In this document: positions 50,171 through 59,800 of the stretch, piece after piece
Position numbering within the stretch: position 1 is the first letter of the stretch
Layout of the letters: each line of letters begins with the position of its first letter
DNA from: a bacterium
GTDB lineage: Bacteria > Hinthialibacterota > Hinthialibacteria > Hinthialibacterales > Hinthialibacteraceae
Reading direction: 5' to 3'
Assembly (NCBI GenBank): GCA_963662285.2
Contig: CAXXMV010000006.1
Location: forward strand, 384,001-448,000
DNA: 64,000 bases
Translations under genes and position numbers: made by a program
Notes under the pieces: generated by a model
Databases searched by the model: none
Seen by the model: only the letters and a program-made list of their open reading frames with translations
What the model was told of the DNA's origin: nothing

Positions 50171-52774
50171 TTAGTAAATAGACCATTCGTAGACCGGTGT
50201 GGTATCTACCAAGTCTACTTTAATGAAAAATCTACGTGCTTCTGACTGTGTGAAGGTGGAGGGATTATCGGCAATACCTCCGCTATCGGTTCCTGTAGTG
50301 GTATCGAAGACATAGTCAGGAGGAACCTCACCACGGTCGCTTGTACCTTCGCCTGCAAATCCAATGTAGACGCCATTCAACCATGCCAGCCCGGCATCGT
50401 CAGCTTCCAGCAGCAAATAGAGACCGGAGATGGAATCGTAATTGGCCGCATCGAATATAGTGCGCGTGTAAACGGTTTCATCCGCTGTTGTGAGTCGAGT
50501 TTCACCATTTTCACCGTCATTACCACCGTGGCCAATGGAAAATCCAATATCGGATTGCTGGGTCCAGCCGCTGTCATCAAAATCTCGCTGTTGCCAATTC
50601 GGTTCCTCTTCACCTGTAAGGTCATCGGATAAGACCACTTTCCAGTTAAATTGTGATCCCTGAGGCCAGCCGCCTTCCGCGCTGCTATCTTGAACATAAA
50701 TTACGCCATTGTTGTCGGATAAATCTGCTGTAGCAGCTAAATCACTGCTTCCATTGTCATCATTCCATAATCCAATAGCGAGTACATTACCCTGTTTGTA
50801 TAGGGGGACATCTTCCACTACCTCAAAGGGGGTAAGTGAAGTTGGACCAGTCGCGATTACGACATAGGAGCCATCGTCGCCTGAACCATTCCAATCACCA
50901 CTTGATGCATCCGGGGGAGAAGTCACATCATAAGTAAGCGTATTGCTTCCTCTAGCGCCGGTTAGAGTCCAGACAATGTTGCCATCAGCGTCAACACTGG
51001 CTGCTCCTGCGCTTTGGCTTACAATTGATGCAGTCCAGCCAGACGGTGGAGTTTCGGTGATGATTACGTCCGATTGCTGTCCATCAGGGATGTTCGCCGT
51101 CAACTGGATCCCTTCAAGCGCCTGTCCGGGTATAAAGCCGGATGATGGCATTGTACGGCTAAGAGTGAAAGGAGTTGCTTTTATAAGAATCTTAAAAGTT
51201 CGCGCTTCGGGCTGCGTGTAAGTGGATGGATTAGCTTCAATGCCTCCGCTGTCTGTTCCTGTTGTAGTGTCAAATACAAAGTTGGGTGGAACCTCACCCC
51301 GGTCGCTTGCAGCCTCACCTGCTAAACCGATATAGACGCCATTGAACCAAGCCAATGCGGCGTCATCGCCTTCCAGTTTCAAGGTTAATTCAAAAATCCC
51401 TTCATAATCGACGGCGTCAAAGATGGAGCGCGTGTACACGGTTTCTTCATCTTCGGAGAGAATAGTTTCACCATTTTCTCCATCATTACCGCCATGTCCG
51501 ATAGTAAAGCCCACATCAGTCTGGATAGCCCACCAGTTATCTTCCAGGGCGACGAAATCACGGTTCTGCCACCCAGGTTCCTCTTCTCCATATCCATCAG
51601 CAAAAAGCACGGTCTTCCATTGGAACACCGTGCCTTGCGGCCAACCGCCCTCTGCGCTGGTGTCCTGTACATAGATCACGCCATTGTTGTCGGACAATTC
51701 CGCCGTAGCGGCCAGGTCGGAGCTGCTGTTACTATCATTCCAAACACCGATAGCTAGAACATTGCCAGTTTCGAAGAACGGAACCAGCATTTGGATCAAG
51801 TCATCGCCGGTAACACTGAAAAATTCATTAACGGTTCCGCTGAAGGTGTTATAAGCGGCTGCGTTAATTCCCGCCTGGATCGAGTAAGTAAGTGTTTTCG
51901 ATCCGCTGAAACCGGGCAAGTTCCAGGTTATTTTACCATCAACCGCCACGCCGCCATCACTGATATTTTCGGCTGTCCATCCGAATGGAATATCCTCGAC
52001 TATCACTACATCACTGGTTCCTACCGCGAGCGATACATCCATAGAAATGTCTGAAGAGCCACCGGCCGAGATTATCTTCGTCGATATATCACGCACGCAT
52101 TGCGCAATAGGCACATTATCGAGCAGCACGGTAAGTTTTGGTTGATTTTCGGAGCCATACGATGAAATTACCCCATGACCACCTCCTGAGACGGGAATAA
52201 ATATCCAGCCATAGTTTGTTCCTCCATTGACGATATTTTGAATGGCATCGGTCATGTCAATTTTCAGTATATCGCCCTCGTTACTTGAACCGGGGCAGAA
52301 AGCAATAGCGGACGCGGCGTAATCCTCACCAGCCCGGGGAGCAACTCCGTCGCCAAAATCAATCAAATCACTGGCGTCATCAAAAGGAATCAGCAACTCA
52401 TGAATATCCGCGCTTCCTCCTTCATCATCAACTACTAAGTCTAATTGCGCGAGTTGAACGATGCTGTTTGGTGGAATCTGATTGACCCCGGTTCCTACGA
52501 TATCTTCGAACCGGATAAAACCATAATTGACTCCATTCGCATCAGAATCATCCCATTCCCATGTCTCATCAAATCCATGTACAGCGTCAGGAACTCCTGT
52601 TTGGAAGAAGGTGTCGTAAGTTCCCTCATAACCGTTTACTTCCTGTTGAAATTCATAGATTCCATCCTGAGCGTGAGCGAGTGTTCCCAATACTAATACT
52701 AAGCATAATGCGCCCAGAAAAATTACTGTTCCTTCATTGATAATTCCCATCGAGTGCTTGCGTGATTTGCCCAT
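50171..52774 (-). CDS. Secreted acidic multidomain protein: DNRLRE-like domain, then 2x[Ig-like + beta-sandwich], then C-terminal W-motif tag
   Basis: Signal peptide ending AHA. YEGTYDT...GFIRF...QIPP...A.L.L...NYGW...PKLTV N-domain. Two highly similar ~190-aa repeats starting GNVLAIG.WND. Ends VYEWSIY. ATG 52774 has AAGGA RBS. Confidence 0.8.
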   Translation of the reverse strand: MGKSRKHSMGIINEGTVIFLGALCLVLVLGTLAHAQDGIYEFQQEVNGYEGTYDTFFQTGVPDAVHGFDETWEWDDSDANGVNYGFIRFEDIVGTGVNQIPPNSIVQLAQLDLVVDDEGGSADIHELLIPFDDASDLIDFGDGVAPRAGEDYAASAIAFCPGSSNEGDILKIDMTDAIQNIVNGGTNYGWIFIPVSGGGHGVISSYGSENQPKLTVLLDNVPIAQCVRDISTKIISAGGSSDISMDVSLAVGTSDVVIVEDIPFGWTAENISDGGVAVDGKITWNLPGFSGSKTLTYSIQAGINAAAYNTFSGTVNEFFSVTGDDLIQMLVPFFETGNVLAIGVWNDSNSSSDLAATAELSDNNGVIYVQDTSAEGGWPQGTVFQWKTVLFADGYGEEEPGWQNRDFVALEDNWWAIQTDVGFTIGHGGNDGENGETILSEDEETVYTRSIFDAVDYEGIFELTLKLEGDDAALAWFNGVYIGLAGEAASDRGEVPPNFVFDTTTGTDSGGIEANPSTYTQPEARTFKILIKATPFTLSRTMPSSGFIPGQALEGIQLTANIPDGQQSDVIITETPPSGWTASIVSQSAGAASVDADGNIVWTLTGARGSNTLTYDVTSPPDASSGDWNGSGDDGSYVVIATGPTSLTPFEVVEDVPLYKQGNVLAIGLWNDDNGSSDLAATADLSDNNGVIYVQDSSAEGGWPQGSQFNWKVVLSDDLTGEEEPNWQQRDFDDSGWTQQSDIGFSIGHGGNDGENGETRLTTADETVYTRTIFDAANYDSISGLYLLLEADDAGLAWLNGVYIGFAGEGTSDRGEVPPDYVFDTTTGTDSGGIADNPSTFTQSEARRFFIKVDLVDTTPVYEWSIY

Positions 52775-53058
52775 TATTTTTTCCTTTATTTTGAAATAAT
52801 TGATCTTATGCAACCGCAGTTATACTACGTGCGCATTTTTATTAGTCCCTTCAAAGCGATTTAATCCGTTTTGATATCCAATTTGCTTTTCATGCAAAAT
52901 AATTAAGATGTTGCTTCATAAAATTTGATACAACATGGATAAAGAGTTGTTCTTTAACTTGAATATTTCTACATTATCACCACCTTTCGTAAGAGTTCTC
53001 TATTGAAATCAAATTGTTGTTTAATATTCATATATTGTTTTTGATTGATTTTTTACGC

Positions 53059-53637
53059 TCATCCACCAGCAATGAATTTTCCATCTAACATGATGCGGCC
53101 TGAATTATATTGACCTCCCAAGCGAATAATATCTCCGCCGCTGCTTAATCCATTGCTGGTATCGTAACTTCGGATAGTTGTACCAAACGGAAAACCATCG
53201 TTTCCACTGACTTCTTCTGTCCGGTCCGGACCGGCGGAAATGATGATATAGGCCTGGGCTGGCCATTGTTTTCCTGCTTTAGAAGCATTCCCCGAACCAA
53301 ACTCAAAGGTGGGGTTATCTTCCGTGTAATTCCCGGCAGGCCCTCCGGCGAAAGCATCTCGCGGCAATGATGACATGTAAGCCATTGGAGTAGTCAGGCG
53401 GAATAGACCTCTTTCGTCCATTCCTCCACTGGGCCAGTCATGATCTTCCACATACGTGTTATTATCCAGATAATATTGTTCCAGCGCCGTAGAAAGCGCT
53501 TTCATATCCGCTTGCGTCCGGCTGACTTTGGCCCGCATTTGCGCATTCAGAAAATTCGGAACCGCAATAGCAGCAAGAATTCCAATAATTGCCACAACGA
53601 TCAACAGTTCTATCAACGTAAATCCATGTTTTTGCAT
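53059..53637 (-). CDS. Prepilin-type N-terminal cleavage/methylation protein (GspG/PulG-like pseudopilin)
   Basis: MQKHG^FTLIELLIVVAIIGILAAIAVPNF class III signal with E+5. DM..L.TALEQY.LD and ISAGPD GspG-like motifs. Confidence 0.9.
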   Translation of the reverse strand: MQKHGFTLIELLIVVAIIGILAAIAVPNFLNAQMRAKVSRTQADMKALSTALEQYYLDNNTYVEDHDWPSGGMDERGLFRLTTPMAYMSSLPRDAFAGGPAGNYTEDNPTFEFGSGNASKAGKQWPAQAYIIISAGPDRTEEVSGNDGFPFGTTIRSYDTSNGLSSGGDIIRLGGQYNSGRIMLDGKFIAGG

Positions 53638-53691
53638 TTCAGCAACCTGCCTATCTTCTAAAATATTTTTTGAATCACTCAACAAAATAAT

Positions 53692-53728
53692 CGCTTGATT
53701 CCCTGAGATTGCTTCAAGGAATCAAGCG
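53692..53728 (-). terminator. Hairpin between the beta-helix gene and the prepilin gene
   Basis: CGCTTGATTCC / GGAATCAAGCG 11-bp perfect stem, followed on the minus strand by ATTATTTTGTT. Confidence 0.5.
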
Positions 53729-53768
53729 TGCAATATAAATCAAATTTATCTGGGAGGTAAAACTCATA

Positions 53769-54767
53769 TTAGTAAATAGACCAGTTGCCAACATCTGCAG
53801 GAGTTGCACCCTGCGACCCGGCAAAGGTCGGATCGCCAGTTGGATCCAAATTTTCGTCGAAACTGGTGTTTCCTGCCGTTAATGCAGGGGAACCAGACTG
53901 CAAATGAAGATCCATAGTTGTTGCGGTAAATCCCATCCCTGGAGCGGCAACATAAAGTGGATCTTCACCAATGCTATAATCATCGATCCACACGGCGCCG
54001 CCATTTACATCCAGACGGCCCATTAGCATACCCGTTATACCTGAAGGATCACTATCAAGTGGATCCCAACCAACGCAATGGACAACGCTGATAAAGCCCA
54101 ATGTTTCGATATCGTTGGCGCCGGGTCCGGCATAAAGAATGCAATTCTTCAATATGGCTTCTGATGTATCCGCCGCTTCAATGATATCGCTCATACCGAG
54201 GAACATATCGCAGTTGGTAAAAACTCCGATCGAACTTCCGGCTAAGTTCACTGTGTCGCCAGTTGCCCAGCCCAACACACAGAAATTAAACGCCGCCTCA
54301 GCTGTGTCATTAATATCAATTACGTTTTCCATTGCTTTCAATGCCCACACATTATTAAATGTGTTATCAAACGACCCGGCATCAAACTCAATAATCGAAT
54401 CTACCGCATTGATTGCGGTGAAATCCTCAAAGAGGCAACCATCAATGCCATCATCGATTTTGATGGCGGAATCGAAAGCGAATCCGCAGTCGAGAATCGT
54501 TGCTGTAGAAGGATCCATCCCCGATCCTGCGCCTCTCACTGTTGTGCCCGCAGGAAGGCGCATTAGATCCGGTCGACCTGTTTCATCTTCTTTGGGAACT
54601 AATTTGTAATAACCAGCTTCGAATGTTATCGTACTTTCGGCGTCGACGACTGTCTGAATAATTCCGACTACATCGTCGCCTGGTTTAATGGTCACATTTT
54701 GTTGGGCCATCGCAGAGAGCCCAATTATTGAGAGAATAAAGACCTGTATAGATATGCGTGTAATCAT
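53769..54767 (-). CDS. Secreted acidic pectin-lyase-like beta-helix protein with C-terminal W-motif tag
   Basis: Signal peptide ending AMA. T..GAG.G.DP..ATILD, NCD, KNCI and DP.YV...D.HLQ.GSPAL. Ends VGNWSIY. Confidence 0.75.
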   Translation of the reverse strand: MITRISIQVFILSIIGLSAMAQQNVTIKPGDDVVGIIQTVVDAESTITFEAGYYKLVPKEDETGRPDLMRLPAGTTVRGAGSGMDPSTATILDCGFAFDSAIKIDDGIDGCLFEDFTAINAVDSIIEFDAGSFDNTFNNVWALKAMENVIDINDTAEAAFNFCVLGWATGDTVNLAGSSIGVFTNCDMFLGMSDIIEAADTSEAILKNCILYAGPGANDIETLGFISVVHCVGWDPLDSDPSGITGMLMGRLDVNGGAVWIDDYSIGEDPLYVAAPGMGFTATTMDLHLQSGSPALTAGNTSFDENLDPTGDPTFAGSQGATPADVGNWSIY

Positions 54768-54793
54768 AATATCAATCTCCTTTCTTTGGGCTA

Positions 54794-55753
54794 TTATTGT
54801 GCCGGTCCCATGGCGCCGGCGTATGTTTGGTTTCCGTCTGCATCTTTACCAATCGTGAGAGCGGGCGATCCTGCTTGTAAATGGAAATCCAAATCCAGCC
54901 AGAAAACGTGCGGACCAACATTAACATAAAGTGGATCACCACCGATTCCATCGATTTCATAGGCGCCGCCTTCGAAGGCGATTCCTCCTAATCCATCAGC
55001 ATCCTCGCCCGGAGGATCGAAGAATACGCTGTTGTGAATTTCTGTAAGACCGCTTCCGCCATCGACATCGTCTGAAAGACTTCCGGCATGGAAAATACAA
55101 TTTTTGACGATTACTGTTGAATTATCTTCATTATCGAAAATATCGCTGTCCCAGTCATAGAAATCACAATTCTGGAACAGGACGGCGCTATCACCTTCCA
55201 GATCAGTGCCATCATCTCCACCACGGGCGAAGACGCAGTTGTAGTAACGGATCATTTCGTCAAAAAATTCTGGATCACCCATCCCTCCGGTTCCATCGTT
55301 ATCGGCGCCGGAATCGCAAGCGAGAAACCAGCAATTTCTGATTTCTATGTTGAGTGCATCACTATTGCCTTCCACGGCTTCATCATAAATGTTGATCATT
55401 GTAAAACCGTCTATGACTATATCGACCGTGGCAATTTGGAAGCCTGTTGCGATAAACCAGGCTTCTCCATCCAGGATTGTCGCTGTTTCAGGATCCGTGC
55501 CTGGACCGGCGCCTTGCAGGGTAATTCCTTCGAATTCCGAGTGTAAATCAATACCTACTCCACTGCCGGGCTCGACTGGTACCAGGTCGTACCATCCCGG
55601 TGCAAAAATCACCGTCCCTTTAAATCCCGCCTCTATCAAAGCGGCTCCAATATCATCCCCAGGGCTTACATTCACAGTGGTTTGTCCGAAAACGCCTGCT
55701 GCTGACCCCAGGACAAGTGCGAATACTGCTATTGCCGAGGTTTTTAATCTCAT
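54794..55753 (-). CDS. Secreted acidic beta-helix protein, paralogue of 53769..54767, without the tag
   Basis: ATG 55753 with GAGGAG RBS. Shares LQGAGPG.DP..ATILD, NCD, KNCI, DPLYV, DFHLQAGSPALT and TYAG. Ends MGPAQ. Confidence 0.75.
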   Translation of the reverse strand: MRLKTSAIAVFALVLGSAAGVFGQTTVNVSPGDDIGAALIEAGFKGTVIFAPGWYDLVPVEPGSGVGIDLHSEFEGITLQGAGPGTDPETATILDGEAWFIATGFQIATVDIVIDGFTMINIYDEAVEGNSDALNIEIRNCWFLACDSGADNDGTGGMGDPEFFDEMIRYYNCVFARGGDDGTDLEGDSAVLFQNCDFYDWDSDIFDNEDNSTVIVKNCIFHAGSLSDDVDGGSGLTEIHNSVFFDPPGEDADGLGGIAFEGGAYEIDGIGGDPLYVNVGPHVFWLDLDFHLQAGSPALTIGKDADGNQTYAGAMGPAQ

Positions 55754-55797
55754 TCCTTTGCTCCTCTCTTTTTGATCATTTTTCAATTAATTCTTAG

Positions 55798-55886
55798 TGA
55801 GGTGACTCGGACGGAGTTCAGAAATAGAAATCTATTCTTTAACGAAATTCATTCAATTAAAGAATTCCAAGTCTTGAGCCACCTCA
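55798..55886 (-). other. Possible structured RNA in the 5' leader of the beta-helix operon
   Basis: Outer arms TGAGGTGACTC (55798-55808) / GAGCCACCTCA (55876-55886) extend into GAC/GTC and GGAGTTC/GAATTCC. They enclose two small hairpins. Confidence 0.35.
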
Positions 55887-55916
55887 AAATGAACAAAGTT
55901 AAAAAAAATCAATGTC

Positions 55917-55950
55917 AATAATTAATCAGGCAACGAATTGATTAATTATT
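55917..55950. promoter_or_regulatory. 12-bp inverted repeat, candidate regulator binding site
   Basis: AATAATTAATCA-N10-TGATTAATTATT abutting a minus-strand TTGACA (55918-55913). Confidence 0.35.
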
Positions 55951-56128
55951 AAATCAAAATGAATTAACTATATCTATAAGGTTTGGCCTGTTTTTTGTGC
56001 GCAATATTACACGTCGAACTATGTAATCTTTTTGATTACAGAAGATAACAGAACATGAAATATGAAGACTATTAAAAGGGAAAAACCAGGCAGGAGGTAT
56101 ACATTATCAAAGGATATCGTAATCAAAT

Positions 56129-56812
56129 TTATTCCTTACTTACCCATTGAATTGCATATTTCAATAAGTCAGAGGTTTTCTCGATATTCATTTTCTCTTT
56201 GATCCTTACCCGGTATGATTGGACGGTTTTTGGACTGACATGGATTTTGTCCGCGATTTCTTGGGTGCTCATACCCAATCCGAATAGCCGGAAAACTTCC
56301 AACTCCCGGTCGCTCAGTTTTTCAACCGGAGATTCAGAAATATCGGGAAAAGGCGTAACAAGTTTATCCAACATCTTTTCGGATATTTGACTGCTTAAAT
56401 AAAGTTTCCCTCTCATGATTCGCCGAATTGCCGTAACTACATTATCCGTTAATTCCTCTTTCATAATGTAACCCCGGGCGCCCGCCCGGAGGGCGCGTTC
56501 TGCGTAGATCGACTCATCATGGACGGATAGAACCAAAACCGGTAGATTCTTATTCTGGCTTTTAATTTGTTTGATAAGTTCCAAACCGTTGCTATTTTTT
56601 AGAGAAATATCTACGATGGCAATATCCGGTTCGAGAACGGCGATTTGCTCCAGCGCTGTTTCCACACTATCGGCTTCTCCGCATACTTTCATATCGTTTT
56701 TCTGGGAAAACAATAGAGCAAGGCCTTGCCGGATAATCGGATGATCGTCGACCACCAGTACTTTTATTTTGGATTCCCGAAAAGTAGTTTTAATTTCTGG
56801 ATTTTCACTCAT
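56129..56812 (-). CDS. NarL/LuxR family response regulator
   Basis: VLVVDDHPIIRQGL, DISL...GLEL, LSDRELEVF.L.G.G....EIA and VSPKTV..YR..IKEK. Confidence 0.95.
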   Translation of the reverse strand: MSENPEIKTTFRESKIKVLVVDDHPIIRQGLALLFSQKNDMKVCGEADSVETALEQIAVLEPDIAIVDISLKNSNGLELIKQIKSQNKNLPVLVLSVHDESIYAERALRAGARGYIMKEELTDNVVTAIRRIMRGKLYLSSQISEKMLDKLVTPFPDISESPVEKLSDRELEVFRLFGLGMSTQEIADKIHVSPKTVQSYRVRIKEKMNIEKTSDLLKYAIQWVSKE

Positions 56813-59800
56813 TGGACGCCTACAGGAAATTCAGTATTTTGGAAACAACATGTTACCAGTGTTCCGCAATCGTTATTTCTTCGAATATCAAACTTCGCAT
56901 GGATTATATGAGAGCGGTATTCCATAATCTGTAATCCCATGCCATGGGTGTTTTCAATATCATCGGGAATGCCTACGCCGTCATCTTTTACAGCTAACGA
57001 AATCTCTTTGCCATTTTGGATCACCTCGATCCATACATTACTGGCATGCCCGTGACGAATTGCGTTATTGAGAGCTTCTTGAACAATCCGGTAGAGATGA
57101 ATAGCGTGCTCATCTTTTAAGAGAGTAACTTCTTTACCATAATTGAGATGACAATGGATAGGATATAATTTCCTGGTATTTGAGATCATTTCTTCCAAGG
57201 CCGATTGAAGCCCATGAAGTTCCAATGCAATGGGATGAAGACCACGGGCGATAGCCCTGGTTTTACTGATTGCATTATTAATCCAATTGGTTATTTCTAT
57301 GGCGCTTTTTGTATCGGAAGATGAAATGCCTGATAAACGTTCCTCCAAAACTTTACTTCGCAAAGCGATCCCCGTAAGACATTGGCACAAATCGTCGTGT
57401 AATTCATCCCCGATTCGTTTTCGTTCGGTATCGCGTATCTGTAAAATCTGTTTTTCCAATCTTTTTCTTTCTGTTATATCCCGAACAATTGCCAATACTT
57501 CATCTACACTACTCAACACGATCCTCGTTTCGCAATCAAACTTGCTGCCATTGTGTTCGATATGGTATTCAAAAGTTTGAGATTCCCCTGTTGTTACCGC
57601 TTTTCTCAAGTAATACATCCATTGATGAGCCGCTTGCGTCGGTAAAACATCGAAAATATTCGTTCCAACAATTTCGTCCGATAAATAAGCAGGTTGAAAT
57701 TCTCTTGGCGCTTTATAATCAAGATACGTCCCGTCGCTTCTGATTCGAACCATTAAATCTGGGATCGCATTCAACAAAGCCCGGTTCTTCGATTCACTAT
57801 TACGTAATGCTTTTTCGACCTGCTTCCGGGAGGTTATGTTTTGAAGCATTCCTAAAGAACCGACAATAGTTCCATCTTCATTTTTCACTTCAATCGCTGC
57901 GTTAGACATCCAACGTTGTTCACCACTGGGGGTTGTAATGAGATAATCGGCGCGCCAGCTGACTTCAGCGCTGGATCTGGTTTTCTCTATAGCTTCTTGG
58001 CGGGTCAATCCAGCCAGTTCTCCAAGTGGTATGCAATCCATGGTTATTTTTTCCCAAATATCAGGAGTAATTTCATGTTTAGAATAACCGGTAATCGATT
58101 CAATACCGTCACCCATAAAATCGTATTGATTGGTTTCATAATTTCGGTAATAGGGTACGGCATTGGCGACTTCGATTGCGTCCCGGTATAATTTTTCACT
58201 TTTTTGCAGCGCTTCTTCCGCAACTTTACGTTCATGGATTTCGTGTTCTAATTCTTTGTTAATCCGGGTAAGGTTAGCTGTACGATTTTTGACAAGTTGG
58301 TCTAGTTTGATATTATGGAAAACAATTACTGTACATATCAATGCAATAAATAATATCATCGCCATACTAATAATGATGAATTCCGATGAATGATGCCATG
58401 GCGAGAGCACCGCAAATTCATAAGAATCCCCCGATGGATCGATATTCTGGTTCAGATCCATAGACCTGACTTCAAAACGATGTTTCCCTGCTTTCAATTT
58501 AGAAAAAGTTGTGCTTGTGTTATTCTTGAATGAAGACCAGTTTCCATTATCCAACCGCAAGGAATATTTTAACTTATCTTTGGGCGTTCGTTTCCACTTG
58601 TCGATCCCTGAAAATTGAAGATAAAGAGTCCCGCCTGACGGTATTTCATTTGGATTTTCAGAATGAATCATGAATGTTTGAGGAGCATCCAAATCGGTTT
58701 CGGGATGATAAAGACTTATTCCACGGGCTGTCCCCAGCCAGATTCGACCATTGCTTTCCTGATATACTCTATGGACAATCGAGGAAGGCAGGCCTTCTTC
58801 CCTGGTATAAGCAGTCCATGAACCGTTGCTATATCGATGAAGGCCTGAATTAGATGCAACCCAAATGCTTCCATCACTTGATGTATGCATGGAGTTTACT
58901 CTATCTAAATCAGAAATAACCGTGTTCCATGTTTTCCCGTCATATTGATGAATAGCATTGCGGCTTCCCGCCCATATAATATTTTCTGTAAGTTCTTGTA
59001 TCCAAAAAGTCCCGGAACCCCATTCTCCTTTTCCAACATTTAACGATTCTAATTTTCCATTTTTGTAGACATAAAGTTCGCTCAAACATCCAATCCAGAT
59101 TTCACCGTTTGCTCGTTCTTTGACGTGCCTGACATGTATAATTTCTTTCTCTTTGCTGAAATCAAGCACTGTTTTGAAACTGCTGCCATCATAAGTCTCC
59201 AGACGAAAATCATAAACATCTTCGCCTTGTGTACGCACCCAGGCAGTCTCCCCATCTCGAGCCGCGATCAACCGTAATCTTCGTCCTTCTGGATGCTGTA
59301 TGAACGTATACTCTTCTTTCGATGGATCAAATGTAAGTAGATTCCGTGACTTTGTACAATTCAGTATCAAGCGCCCATTACCTACAAAACAAAAAGCATC
59401 GGATTCATGATAGTGAGAATAGACCCCCATCGGAAAAGGAAATGTTTTCCATTGATTGTCATGATTGAGTACCAGTGCGTTTCTGCTGATAAACCATAGA
59501 CCGCCATTCTCTTGTTCGAGAATGGCATGCACTTCGCTTGTAACATTCCTAATAGTTATGGGTGTTCTGAATAATGAGGGTGCATATTGTGCCAGACCGG
59601 AAGAAATTGCCAGCCAAAAAGATCCATCTGTTTCACACGCAACATCAAATATCTCCCCGGATAGAATCTCTTCTTCATTGACGCGGTTTATGATCCCCTC
59701 AGCTGAGATTCGAAATAAACCATCCTTTTTTTGCAGCCATATGCATTCTTGAGGTCCTTTCCAACCGCGAACTATGCTCTCTTCCGATTCATGGAGCGTC

